DNA from: Thermodesulfobacteriota bacterium | GTDB lineage: Bacteria; Desulfobacterota; Desulfobacteria; Desulfobacterales; SURF-7 | Reading direction: 5' to 3' | DNA length: 38,777 nucleotides | Assembly: GCA_049320885.1 (NCBI GenBank) | Contig: JBMORA010000066.1 | Coordinates: forward strand, 1 to 38,777 | Shown here: positions 8,361 through 17,714 of the stretch, piece after piece | How the letters are laid out: every line of letters starts with the position of its first letter | How positions within the stretch are numbered: position 1 is the first letter of the stretch | Translations under genes and position numbers: made by a program | Notes under the pieces: generated by a model | Databases searched by the model: none | What the model saw: the letters and a program-made list of their open reading frames with translations, nothing else | Told to the model about the DNA's origin: nothing

Positions 8361-9491
8361 ATGGAGCGCGCCCTCGCCAAACCGATTCTGGACGATCTGA
8401 CGAAAAAAATCATTCTGATCACAGGCCCCCGGCAGACCGGCAAGACAACCTTGGCCAAAATGCTGTCCGACCGGTACGATTATCTGAATTACGATAATGC
8501 CGACCATCGGATTCACTTGCTGAGAAAAACATGGGATCGCGCCCGGGATGTGATCATTTTCGACGAGCTCCATAAACTCAAGAACTGGAAATCCTGGCTG
8601 AAGGGCATCTTCGACACCGAAGGGATTCCACCGGCGCTGGTTGTAACCGGAAGCGCCAAACTCGATACGGCGCGCAAGGTCGGGGATTCGCTGGCCGGCC
8701 GTTTTTTTCAATTTCGGCTCCACCCCCTGGATCTGAAAGAAATCAGGGTATCCCTGCATTCCGACAACCCTGCCGCCGACCTGGATGCCTTATTGAATCT
8801 CGGCGGATTTCCGGAACCGTTTCTGAACGGCACGGAACGCTTTTACCATCGCTGGAAAAAAAGCCACCTGGATATCATTTTAAAGCAGGATCTGCCGGAA
8901 ATGGAAAATGTGCAGCAGATCCTGGCCGTGGAAACGCTGATCCAGCTTCTGAAAAGGAATGTAGGGACTCCGGTTTCCTACAGCTCCCTTGCCAGGGATC
9001 TGCAGTGCTCCGATAAAACCATCAAGCGCTGGCTGACGATCCTTGAAAACATGTATGTGGTTTTCCGGGTGCCGCCGTATCATAAAAACATCGCCCGGGC
9101 CATCCTGAAATCCCCCAAATACTATTTTTACGACAACGGCCAGGTGGATGGGGACCCGGGTGCAAAGCTGGAGAATCTGGTGGCCTGCGCCCTTCACAAG
9201 GAAATTCACTTTCAAGCGGATTGCCTTGGGGAAGACCTGAAACTCCATTATCTGCGCAACAAGGATGGTCGGGAAATCGATTTTCTGGTGACCCGCGGGG
9301 GAGTTTCCAGCCTCATGATCGAAGCGAAATGGCGCGAGGAGCAGCTTAGTCCCAATTTTTCCATTTTTGAAAAGAATCTGGCCAAGCCGAGGAAAATCCA
9401 GCTCGTCAAGGAACTGAGCCGGGAAAAAACCTACCCGGACGGCGGCGAAGTGCGAAGGGCGTGCGACTGGCTGGCCCGGCTGCCCCTATAA
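8361..9491 (+). CDS. AAA_14 ATPase with C-terminal DUF4143 (PD-(D/E)XK-like) domain
   Basis: Walker A GPRQTGKTT, Walker B IIFDELH, TGS, SLAGR, GGFPE, internal HTH (SLARDLQCSDKTIKRW), PKYYFYD, EIDF...IEAK. Confidence 0.9.
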   Translation: MERALAKPILDDLTKKIILITGPRQTGKTTLAKMLSDRYDYLNYDNADHRIHLLRKTWDRARDVIIFDELHKLKNWKSWLKGIFDTEGIPPALVVTGSAKLDTARKVGDSLAGRFFQFRLHPLDLKEIRVSLHSDNPAADLDALLNLGGFPEPFLNGTERFYHRWKKSHLDIILKQDLPEMENVQQILAVETLIQLLKRNVGTPVSYSSLARDLQCSDKTIKRWLTILENMYVVFRVPPYHKNIARAILKSPKYYFYDNGQVDGDPGAKLENLVACALHKEIHFQADCLGEDLKLHYLRNKDGREIDFLVTRGGVSSLMIEAKWREEQLSPNFSIFEKNLAKPRKIQLVKELSREKTYPDGGEVRRACDWLARLPL

Positions 9492-9628
9492 CCATCCGAA
9501 CGGATCGGTCCTTGCCCGTAAACCGCCCGGCATGGTATGGTGACGGCAATGGAAATGCTTGGCGTCTCGCGGTCCAGGCGACGCTTCCATTGACTTCATA
9601 ACCTCCTGCATGAAACCGGAGATTCCCG

Positions 9629-11470
9629 TTGGGTTATCACAATTTACGGCATTGTCTGGCGGATCTGGAAGCCGGGAAACAGCTGATCCGCATCCATGAG
9701 GAAGTCGATCCCTTTCTCGAAGTCGGCGCCGTCCAGCGCCGGGTGTTCCGGCACAAGGGGCCGGCGCTCCTGTTCACCAATGTCAAAAACTGCGCCTTTC
9801 CCATGGTGGGCAACCTGTTCGGCACCCTGGAGCGCATGCGGTATATTTTCCGGGACAGCCTGCGGGACATTGAGGCGTTGGTCAAGCTGAAGGTCGATCC
9901 CGCCGGCTTTATGAAATCCCCCCTGAAGTTCGCCCGCATCCCCAAGGCCTTGTTGAGCGCCCTGCCCCAAAAAACGATCGACGGCCCGATCTTGAAGCGC
10001 AAGACCGTCATCTCCGCCCTGCCCCGGCTGACCTCATGGCCCCTGGACGGCGGCAGCTACGTCACCCTGCCCCAGGTCTATTCCGAAAGCCTCCTCCGGC
10101 CGGGATTCGCCGGTTCCAACCTGGGCATGTACCGGATCCAGCTTACGGGGAATCAGTACGCCATGGATCGGGAAGTGGGCCTGCATTACCAGATCCACCG
10201 CGGCATCGGACCGCATCATGCCGAGGCCATCCGCGCGGGTCGACCGCTGCCGGTCAACATCTTCGTAGGCGGTCCTCCGGCCATGACCCTGGCGGCGGTG
10301 ATGCCCCTGCCGGAAGGCCTGCCGGAAATTTTTTTCGCTGGCATGCTGGCGGGCCGCCGCCTGAAATGGATCGTCAGGCCCGGCATGCTGCCCGTTCCGG
10401 CCGAAGCGGATTTCTGCATCTGCGGCGATGTGGACCTCCTTCGCCAGCTCCCGGAAGGTCCTTTCGGCGATCATCTCGGGTATTACAGTTTAAGCCACGA
10501 TTTCCCCGTACTGAGGGTCCGGGAGGTCTTTCATCGCCCCGACGCCGTCTGGCCCTTTACCACCGTGGGCCGGCCGCCCCAGGAAGACACGGTATTCGGG
10601 GAATTCATCCATGAACTGACCGGTCCCCTGGTGCCCACGGTTTTCACCGGCGTCCATGAAGTCCACGCCGTGGACGCTTCCGGCGTACATCCCCTGCTGC
10701 TGGCCATCGGCAGTGAGCGCTATGTGCCCTATGCCGCGGACCGGCGGCCCCAGGAAATCATCACCTGCGGCCTGTCCCTTTTGGGCAGCACCCAGACCGC
10801 TCTTTCCAAATATGTATGGATTGGCGCCCGGGAAGACGCCCCGCATCTATCCACCAAAAACATCCCCGATTTTTTCCGGCATATGCTGGAGCGGACGGAC
10901 TGGGAAAACGATCTCCATTTCATCACCCGCACCACCATGGACACCCTGGATTATTCCGGCATCAACCTGAACCAGGGCTCCAAAGTGATTCTGGCCGTCG
11001 CCGGCCCCCAGCGAAGAACCCTCGGGACGGACCTGCCGCCGGGACTCTCGCTGCCGACAGGCTTCCGAAATCCGGTGCTCTTTTCCCCCGGCATCCTGGT
11101 CATCGAAGGCCCGCGCCACCAACTGGCCAGGGACCGCCGGGATCCGGAACTGACCCGTCTCGGTGAGGAACTCCTGCCCCGCGCCGGCCTGAACCATTTT
11201 CCCTTGATGGTCGTCACGGATGATCCGGCCTTCACCGCCCGATCCTGGGAAAATTTCCTCTGGGTGACCTTCACCCGCTCGGATCCGGCCACGGACATCT
11301 ACGGCGTGGATGAGTTCACCCACTGCAAGCACTGGGGCTGCCGGGGTCCCCTGATCATTGACGCGCGGTTGAAAACCTACCACGCGCCGCCCCTTGTACC
11401 CGATCCGGAAGTGGAAAAACGGGTGGACGCCCTGGGAGCGCCGGGGAAGGTCTTGCACGGCATCATATAG
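9629..11470 (+). CDS. UbiD-family (prFMN-dependent) decarboxylase, long type, possibly menaquinone pathway
   Basis: GPALLF, NLFGT, WPLDGG, NLGMYRIQ, EGPFGDH catalytic motif, TVGRPPQED, DTLDYSG. TTG start. Confidence 0.9.
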   Translation: MGYHNLRHCLADLEAGKQLIRIHEEVDPFLEVGAVQRRVFRHKGPALLFTNVKNCAFPMVGNLFGTLERMRYIFRDSLRDIEALVKLKVDPAGFMKSPLKFARIPKALLSALPQKTIDGPILKRKTVISALPRLTSWPLDGGSYVTLPQVYSESLLRPGFAGSNLGMYRIQLTGNQYAMDREVGLHYQIHRGIGPHHAEAIRAGRPLPVNIFVGGPPAMTLAAVMPLPEGLPEIFFAGMLAGRRLKWIVRPGMLPVPAEADFCICGDVDLLRQLPEGPFGDHLGYYSLSHDFPVLRVREVFHRPDAVWPFTTVGRPPQEDTVFGEFIHELTGPLVPTVFTGVHEVHAVDASGVHPLLLAIGSERYVPYAADRRPQEIITCGLSLLGSTQTALSKYVWIGAREDAPHLSTKNIPDFFRHMLERTDWENDLHFITRTTMDTLDYSGINLNQGSKVILAVAGPQRRTLGTDLPPGLSLPTGFRNPVLFSPGILVIEGPRHQLARDRRDPELTRLGEELLPRAGLNHFPLMVVTDDPAFTARSWENFLWVTFTRSDPATDIYGVDEFTHCKHWGCRGPLIIDARLKTYHAPPLVPDPEVEKRVDALGAPGKVLHGII

Positions 11471-11503
11471 GGATCATATACCCGGCAAAGCAGCCGGACG
11501 CGG

Positions 11504-11540
11504 AAAAAAAGGGGTACAAGCCCCGAAGGACCTGTACCCC
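11504..11540 (-). terminator. Intrinsic terminator of rplM-rpsI
   Basis: Minus strand GGGGTACAGGTCC-TTCG-GGGCTTGTACCCC followed by T7. Confidence 0.85.
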
Positions 11541-11569
11541 GTTGAAGCAGATGGGAATGGCAGGGAATT

Positions 11570-11965
11570 CTATCGTTTGGAGAACTGGAATCTCGCGCGG
11601 GCGGCTCTTTGACCGTATTTCTTCCGCTCCTTGACCCGCGAATCGCGTTTGACGAATCCGGCTTTTTTCAGCACCTGACGCAGATCCGGATTGGCCAGGA
11701 TCAATGCCCTGGTGATGCCGTGACGAACCGCGCCTGCCTGCCCCAGCACGCCGCCGCCCTTGACTTTCACCATAACGTCAAAGGATTCCCGGGTATTGGT
11801 GAGCAGCATGGGCTGGGCCAAAATGATTTTGGAAGATTGCACGGTAAAATAATCGTCCAACGGCTTGTCGTTCACGGTGATTTTTCCCGTTCCCGGCATG
11901 ATCCATGTGCGGGCTACGGCATTTTTTCGCTTTCCGGTGGCATAGTAAACGTTTTTCTTTTCCAT
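11570..11965 (-). CDS. rpsI: 30S ribosomal protein S9
   Basis: [12 protein letters not shown]...[13 protein letters not shown]...KERKKYG...QFSKR. Confidence 0.98.
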   Translation of the reverse strand: MEKKNVYYATGKRKNAVARTWIMPGTGKITVNDKPLDDYFTVQSSKIILAQPMLLTNTRESFDVMVKVKGGGVLGQAGAVRHGITRALILANPDLRQVLKKAGFVKRDSRVKERKKYGQRAARARFQFSKR

Positions 11966-11993
11966 AAATTACCCTGGTATCCGTCTCCGGTTG

Positions 11994-12428
11994 TTACAGT
12001 TCGATTTTCTCGGGTTTCTGAGCGGCATGGGGGTGCTCATTCCCCGTATACACTTTCAGTTTGTTGATCATTTTCCGACCCAGCCTGTTTTTGGGCAGCA
12101 TGCCTTTCACAGCGAAACGGATCAGTTCCTCCGGCCGTTTTTCCATCAATTTTCGAGCGGTAATGGACTTGATGCCGCCGGTATACCCACTGTGACGATA
12201 ATAGGTCTTTTGGTCCCATTTCCGGCCGGTCAGCGTGATTTTATCCGCATTGATCACCACCACCGAATCGCCGACGTCAACATGGGGCGTGAACAGCGGA
12301 TTGCATTTTCCCCTCAGGCGCGCGGCGATCACGGAGGCCATCCGACCCAGGACCGCACCGTCGGCGTCCACCAGAAACCATTTGTCCTGATTATCGGTAT
12401 CCTTGGCATTGTATGTGTATTTTTTCAC
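11994..12428 (-). CDS. rplM: 50S ribosomal protein L13
   Basis: WFLVDA...LGRMAS...FTPHVDVGD...[10 protein letters not shown]...GMLPKN...[11 protein letters not shown] start. Confidence 0.98.
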   Translation of the reverse strand: MKKYTYNAKDTDNQDKWFLVDADGAVLGRMASVIAARLRGKCNPLFTPHVDVGDSVVVINADKITLTGRKWDQKTYYRHSGYTGGIKSITARKLMEKRPEELIRFAVKGMLPKNRLGRKMINKLKVYTGNEHPHAAQKPEKIEL

Positions 12429-12463
12429 TTTCCTGACTCCCCTTGAGAATGTAGAATTCGATT

Positions 12464-12492
12464 TATTTAGAGGAAACCCGGAATGATGTCAA
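12464..12492 (-). promoter_or_regulatory. Sigma70 promoter of rplM-rpsI
   Basis: Minus strand TTGACA (12492-12487), 17 bp, TAAATA (12469-12464). Confidence 0.6.
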
Positions 12493-12531
12493 GCAAAAAT
12501 TTGGGGAAATTCCATTTTACAGCCAGGGGAA

Positions 12532-12561
12532 TTGACAGTTCCGCCCCGGGTTGCCTATAGT
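12532..12561 (+). promoter_or_regulatory. Sigma70 promoter of the CYTH gene
   Basis: TTGACA 12532-12537, 18 bp, TATAGT 12556-12561. Confidence 0.6.
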
Positions 12562-12617
12562 GGTCACGGCAGGCGGTTTTTCCCCGGAAACCCGTTTCAT
12601 TATTTTAAGGACACAAA

Positions 12618-13238
12618 TTGAACCCATTGGAAATCGAAGTCAAATTCCATCTGCAAGATATCGGCCCCATCCGGGAACGGATTATCCGATCGGGAGCCGA
12701 GTCCCAGGGCCGGTTTTTCGAAACCAACATCCGTTACGAGGACGCCGAAGGCTCCCTGGTCCGCAAAAAATCCCTGCTGCGGCTCCGCAAGGATCGCAAG
12801 GCCACCCTGACGTTTAAATCCGAACCGGCCCTGCCGGATCCGGATTTCAAGGTCCATCGGGAGTTGGAAGTAGCGGTGGACGATTTTGAAACCACCGACG
12901 GTATCCTGCTGGCCCTCGGCTTTCACCGGGCCCAGACCTATGAAAAATGGCGGGAGACCTTTCTGTCCGGCAGGACCATCTTCTGCATCGACACCCTGCC
13001 CTTCGGCGCTTTTCTGGAAATCGAAGGCCACCGCGACGATATCCGGGCGGCGGCCCAGCAGATCGGATTACCTTGGGAAAACAGAATCCTGTCCAATTAT
13101 CTGGCGCTGTTCGACCAGTTGAAAAAAGCCTGTTCCCTCCCCTTTTCCGACATCACCTTCGACAATTTCAAAACCGTTACTCTGGATGAAAAACAGGTGG
13201 CCGGACTCATGGCCGCTAACCGGCATCTTTCGGTTTGA
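12618..13238 (+). CDS. CYTH domain protein (class IV adenylate cyclase / triphosphate tunnel metalloenzyme)
   Basis: EIEVKF (ExExK), LLRLR, LTFK, YEKWRE, FLEIEG. Confidence 0.9.
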   Translation: MNPLEIEVKFHLQDIGPIRERIIRSGAESQGRFFETNIRYEDAEGSLVRKKSLLRLRKDRKATLTFKSEPALPDPDFKVHRELEVAVDDFETTDGILLALGFHRAQTYEKWRETFLSGRTIFCIDTLPFGAFLEIEGHRDDIRAAAQQIGLPWENRILSNYLALFDQLKKACSLPFSDITFDNFKTVTLDEKQVAGLMAANRHLSV

Positions 13239-13252
13239 CGCCGGGACGCCAT

Positions 13253-13633
13253 TTATAATTTGATCCGGGGGAAGAAGCGTTTTTCCACCACCGCGGGGGT
13301 CTCGTCCATGGTGAACGACTGCACCGTGGCGTTCAGCAGGCCGCCGCTTTCCATGACCAGATCCCGGCAAGTCGCCGCCCCCGTGAAGCGGCCGGTGGAT
13401 AAAATCACCAACGACTCCGTGGCCAGAACCTCGCCCTCGAAAATCCCGCCGACAGTAAGGGTTGCAGCTTCCACGTCCCCGTATATCGAACCCTCGTCGG
13501 CAATGATGATATCCTCGCCCTTCACATTGCCCCGCACACATCCGCGCACCACCAGACTGCCCGTGCTGACGATGGTTCCAGTGACTTCCAGTTCGTTGTC
13601 GATGATGGAGAGATTCTTGGACCGCTTTTTCAC
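13253..13633 (-). CDS. Bactofilin (polymer-forming cytoskeletal protein, CcmA-like)
   Basis: SIIDNELEVTGTI..TGSLVVRG.VRGNV...IIIADEGSIYGDV..ATLTVGGIFEGEV beta-helix repeats. GTG start overlaps the upstream stop. Confidence 0.9.
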   Translation of the reverse strand: MKKRSKNLSIIDNELEVTGTIVSTGSLVVRGCVRGNVKGEDIIIADEGSIYGDVEAATLTVGGIFEGEVLATESLVILSTGRFTGAATCRDLVMESGGLLNATVQSFTMDETPAVVEKRFFPRIKL

Positions 13634-15459
13634 GAGGCGTCTCCTGGAATATTTTTAAAATACACAGAACCGATGTTGATCCGATCCCGCAGAATCTCCA
13701 GACGGTATTCGCCGTTGGAAGAATACGTGGTCATTCCGGTAAGGGGGATCACATCGTCCATCTTGAGGAGCTGTCTGCTGGCGTTCGGTCCGGCCAGGAA
13801 CGCGCTGACCCGATGGTTCTGGTGGACATTCGTAATGATATCCATCAGCCGGACGGGCTTTCCGCCGTCGATCCACGCCGTCCCTCCCGGGACGATGCAT
13901 TGCATGGTGTTGTTTTCCGTTTTGAGGACAATATAATCCAGGGTGGGCTCTTCCAGCTCCACCATCAGGGTTCCAATGCTCCGTTGCCCCGATTCCACCA
14001 CCACCTGGTATCTCCCGCCCCGCCGGTCCAGGGAATAACGGGTCCACAAATCCTTGGCCGTATCGATGACATAGCCCCGGTCCTCTCCCTGATTGCGGTT
14101 TGTATCCCCCACGAATCCCTTGAAATTGACCACCAGTTCCGATGGGTCGGCCGTCCCGCTGATCACGTTGATGATCTCAAACACATCCCCCTTCACCAGC
14201 TTCACACAATCGTTGTTTCCGTAGGTGCGCTCTTCTCCGTTGATCCGCAGCCGGAAAAACAGGTAATCGGATCTTCCGCCGCCGGGGCCGGCCTTCGCGG
14301 ATAAGGCCGCGGGGAGTTGCTCCTCCGGTTCTCCAAAGGCAAGATGGACATGGCCGCAGGGGTGATGGTCCTTGCGCACGACAATCCGCGTCGGCCGCTG
14401 GATGATCACCGGCTTGCGGGTATCGTTCATGGTTCCGGAACCCTCGATATCGGCGCACAGTCCGCGCTCATAATTGGCGGCGATATGCATGATCATGATC
14501 CTGTCGCCGGGCCGGATATGCAATGTCTGCCGATTTTCCAGCAGGACCGGCAGGGAATCGTTCACCGCGATGGTCAGATACCTCAATTCCGGCGGATCCA
14601 GCCGAATCCCGGGGCTTTCCGGCCGGATACCCATGGTTTCCATGAAGACATTGATGGCCAGGTTGTGCTGCCGCACCTGTTCTTCCAGGGGGAGGGCTTT
14701 GCTGGTTTCAATTCCGAAGGCCGGAATCCCGCAGGTATACAGGGCATAGTAAGTGGCGGAACGCCGCTGTTCCTTGTGCAGAGTATCCCTCTCATGGGTC
14801 CGGTGATTGTTGAAATGGAAATGGTGCTGCTGGTCAGGTATCTGGGAATTGATCCGCGCGGCCACCTCCCGGGCCATTTCCCCCAGGTGTATGGTCGTCC
14901 CCTTGGGGGACACCGGAAGGAAGACGTCACAATCCGCGATGATGGACTGACCATAGCGCAGCGGATTCCGATCCGGGCTTTCCCATTTTTCCGAAAAAAA
15001 ACCGGAACCGTCATGCAGATTCAGCAGCAGATCGCTTTCCGCAATCAATTGTTTAAGGATTTCCACCACCCTGGTTTCATAATTGTCCTTGCGGTCATCG
15101 CCGAACTTGCGATTCATGTCTTCGTTGATCTGTCGGCGGTTCAACACAATGGATTGAAAGTTGGCCCGGGGAACCACGATCAGGCTGCCTTTCAGCAAGG
15201 AAAAATCCGCGTACAGATCCGCCGACAGAAATCCGCCGGGTTCATCCCCCTGAATCCCGCCGATGAGCATCAAGGTCTTGCCCTGCTCACGGCCGATGCT
15301 GCGATAGACATGCAGCTCATGATCCGTGCCCTCGAAATAGATCTTGTGGGTCTTTTGGGCCGCTGCCGGGTTGGTCAGCAGAAGGAAGAGACCCACCAAA
15401 AAGCCGCCTGCCCGCCATAGGGGTATGGACAACGATTTCATTTGGTTCGGTAGCTTCAT
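13630..15459 (-). CDS. M99/M14-like peptidoglycan DL-carboxypeptidase, Csd4/Pgp1-like
   Basis: Signal peptide, GGIQGDEPGG (Gln-x-x-Glu Zn ligands typical of Csd4/Pgp1), DMNRKF, LNLHDGSGF, PAFGIETSK. ATG at 15459 overlaps the upstream TGA. Confidence 0.85.
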   Translation of the reverse strand: MKLPNQMKSLSIPLWRAGGFLVGLFLLLTNPAAAQKTHKIYFEGTDHELHVYRSIGREQGKTLMLIGGIQGDEPGGFLSADLYADFSLLKGSLIVVPRANFQSIVLNRRQINEDMNRKFGDDRKDNYETRVVEILKQLIAESDLLLNLHDGSGFFSEKWESPDRNPLRYGQSIIADCDVFLPVSPKGTTIHLGEMAREVAARINSQIPDQQHHFHFNNHRTHERDTLHKEQRRSATYYALYTCGIPAFGIETSKALPLEEQVRQHNLAINVFMETMGIRPESPGIRLDPPELRYLTIAVNDSLPVLLENRQTLHIRPGDRIMIMHIAANYERGLCADIEGSGTMNDTRKPVIIQRPTRIVVRKDHHPCGHVHLAFGEPEEQLPAALSAKAGPGGGRSDYLFFRLRINGEERTYGNNDCVKLVKGDVFEIINVISGTADPSELVVNFKGFVGDTNRNQGEDRGYVIDTAKDLWTRYSLDRRGGRYQVVVESGQRSIGTLMVELEEPTLDYIVLKTENNTMQCIVPGGTAWIDGGKPVRLMDIITNVHQNHRVSAFLAGPNASRQLLKMDDVIPLTGMTTYSSNGEYRLEILRDRINIGSVYFKNIPGDAS

Positions 15460-16316
15460 GGACGCCTCCCAACCGGGAACGACAAAGGGAATTCCGCCGC
15501 ATGCATCAACGCGCCGTTCGGATCGTAGATCAGAATGACCGCCGTGGTGAATTCTTCCGGAGATGGTTGGTTTTTCACGGCAAAAGTTACCGTCTTGTAG
15601 CGCCATATCCGGAAGAACTGACCCTTCTCCGGTGTCTGCGGACGGCCTTCGACCAGCGGAACTTCCGGGATCGCCCGCCAATGCGCCGGGTCCGGATTAT
15701 CCCCCTTCAACAGGACGAAACAGGTCCCGGAGGTCGCCTGCGACGACTGTTGAAGACTGTGGATGACGAAACGCAGCCGCAGCGCGCCGCTTCCCCGCCC
15801 ATGGGAAACCCGGAAATCGCGGACCTCAATCTTTCCCGCCGTTCCGCTCTCCGTTGCCACCGGTGGTCCGGGTGCGGGCGCTGGATCGTCCGGGGCTGCG
15901 GGGGTTACGGACGGAACCGGAGCCGAACTGTTTCCGGAGGCACTCCCCTCCCCTCCCCTCCCGGCGCCCGCCGCCTCTTTCACTTTGGATGCGGATCCCG
16001 CCGCCATGAGCCTGGCGTTGAGGATTTCCATTTCCTCCGCAAGGACGCTGTTCCGGTGATGGAGTTCCGCCACCTGCCGCCGGAGGACGGCATTTTCCGT
16101 CAAGCCTTGTTGCAGCAGGATGCCCGCAACCACCGCCGCCGCGATCACCACCAGCAGCAAGGCCGAAAGGGATACGACTGCCGCCTTGAAGCAGGTGACG
16201 GTGACGATTTTGCCACTCCCGCCCACAAACAAAACCTGCCAGCTCCGGCTTCTTTTACTTCCCGGGGCAGCGGGGATGGTCACATTCTTTTCCATGTTTC
16301 CCGAAATATTTTCCAT
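15456..16316 (-). CDS. Hypothetical single-pass membrane protein (TM, coiled coil, Pro/Ala linker, C-terminal beta domain)
   Basis: AAVVSLSALLLVVIAAAVVAGILL TM segment, heptad region and PAAPDDPAPAPGP linker. Overlaps both neighbours; alternative start at 16295. Confidence 0.7.
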   Translation of the reverse strand: MENISGNMEKNVTIPAAPGSKRSRSWQVLFVGGSGKIVTVTCFKAAVVSLSALLLVVIAAAVVAGILLQQGLTENAVLRRQVAELHHRNSVLAEEMEILNARLMAAGSASKVKEAAGAGRGGEGSASGNSSAPVPSVTPAAPDDPAPAPGPPVATESGTAGKIEVRDFRVSHGRGSGALRLRFVIHSLQQSSQATSGTCFVLLKGDNPDPAHWRAIPEVPLVEGRPQTPEKGQFFRIWRYKTVTFAVKNQPSPEEFTTAVILIYDPNGALMHAAEFPLSFPVGRRP

Positions 16317-17659
16317 CGGCCGCCTTCCCGTTTCAGGAACAGACTTTTCCTGCCGACCGCTTTATAACCGCTGGATTCATAGGTTTGGATGAAACTGGCG
16401 ACGGTGGTGGTGTCCCCCCGGTCGATGGAAAGGTTCTTTTTCGATATCTTGATATAGCGATATTTCCGGCTTAACTGCCGTTTGTATTTCAGCCAGTCGT
16501 CCCGATTCATGCCCTCGGCCCGGAACCCTTTGGAGTAATGACTGCCGTAGCGATCCATATCCTTGGACGCCCAGGCATGCAGCCAGTCGTCGATCAACCC
16601 GGCGATTTCCTGTTTCGTATCGATCACCGGTTTTTTTTCGGTCACCGGTTCCGGAGCGCTTTTCGGTTTCGGCTCCATTGCCAGACAGGCGGCCAGGAGC
16701 GGGTAATCCGATTTCGGCGGCGGCTCCTGGATCCCGGGCTGGAACTCATCACCGATGATCCGGAACCGGTCATGATTCCTGGAAATGAACAATTTACGGG
16801 TTCCCACCGGGATTCGCTGTTCCCCGGTTGTCACCGTCTGTTCAAAGAGGGCCACGTATACATCCCTCTCTTTCACCAGAATCGGCCGTTCCCATTCCAC
16901 CACCGGCGACTTTCCATCCTCGGCCAGTCTTTTCCGGGTTATCGACCAGGCCGGCCACCAGGATATCTCCGGAAGGTATTCCGGATCGTAAAAGGATAAA
17001 TACTCCTGATAAGTGCCGGAGGAAACGGCCCGGTTCCATTGCCGCAGGAAGTCCGTCAATTGCTCGCCGATCAGGCGGCTCTGGCCGGCCGGAACATATG
17101 CCAGTTTTTCCACGACGATGATCGGCGTCCGGTTCAGGGTGACAAAGGGGGAAAGCGCGTTGATATCGCCGTTATCCAGCACGATACACCCGTTGGAGTT
17201 CATTGGTTTGATGGGCTTGTTGGTGCCGTGCATCCAGATGGAATTCCCCTTGCGTTGCTGCCGGCGATCCATGAAATTCGGATAATCCATGGGAAAAGCC
17301 CGGTCGCCGTAAACCGCGGACAGATATTTTTTTTCATGGGACTGCAGGAAAAAATACACGCCTTCCGGGGTTTTTTTATCGCCGGAGCTTGTTTTCGCGC
17401 CGTTGACCTCCCCGGTGGAACAGGCAACACTCATTTCCTGACGCCAGACGTCGTCAAGACTGTACAGAAACAGCCGCTGGCTGGCTTTTTCCACCAGGAT
17501 GACGGTTTCTTTTTTTTCACCGGCCCCCGGGACGATCAGATTGTCCGGTATCAGGGCCTCGGCCGGTTGTTCCGGTCTGCCGGTGGATATCGCGGTTCCG
17601 CTCGACAACAAGAAAATCCAGGTCAACACCACCATCATTCGAAGACAACGACTCAACAT
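16280..17659 (-). CDS. YkuD-family L,D-transpeptidase/carboxypeptidase with NTF2-like C-terminal domains (Csd6/Pgp2/Bd1075-like)
   Basis: Signal peptide, GDKKTPEGVY, DYPN, IWMHG...SNGC catalytic His/Cys. Two W-x3-(W/V)-x7/8-Y-x3-Y NTF2-like modules; the last ends KREGGRWKIFRE. Confidence 0.88.
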   Translation of the reverse strand: MLSRCLRMMVVLTWIFLLSSGTAISTGRPEQPAEALIPDNLIVPGAGEKKETVILVEKASQRLFLYSLDDVWRQEMSVACSTGEVNGAKTSSGDKKTPEGVYFFLQSHEKKYLSAVYGDRAFPMDYPNFMDRRQQRKGNSIWMHGTNKPIKPMNSNGCIVLDNGDINALSPFVTLNRTPIIVVEKLAYVPAGQSRLIGEQLTDFLRQWNRAVSSGTYQEYLSFYDPEYLPEISWWPAWSITRKRLAEDGKSPVVEWERPILVKERDVYVALFEQTVTTGEQRIPVGTRKLFISRNHDRFRIIGDEFQPGIQEPPPKSDYPLLAACLAMEPKPKSAPEPVTEKKPVIDTKQEIAGLIDDWLHAWASKDMDRYGSHYSKGFRAEGMNRDDWLKYKRQLSRKYRYIKISKKNLSIDRGDTTTVASFIQTYESSGYKAVGRKSLFLKREGGRWKIFRETWKRM

Positions 17660-17685
17660 CCCCTCCTTTTCATTATTTTCCAGAA

Positions 17686-17714
17686 ATTATAGAGTATTAT
17701 CATATATCTGTCAA
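17686..17714 (-). promoter_or_regulatory. Consensus sigma70 promoter of the cell-shape operon
   Basis: Minus strand TTGACA (17714-17709), 17 bp, TATAAT (17691-17686), then an AGGAGG RBS before ATG 17659. Confidence 0.85.

Noticed and set aside
15460..15681. N-terminal extension of the 683-aa carboxypeptidase ORF, and similar extensions of the ADH, ruvA, pal, GntR and DUF1015 ORFs
   Set aside because: They overlap upstream genes or promoters. Downstream ATGs give proper signal peptides, RBSs or family-typical N-termini.
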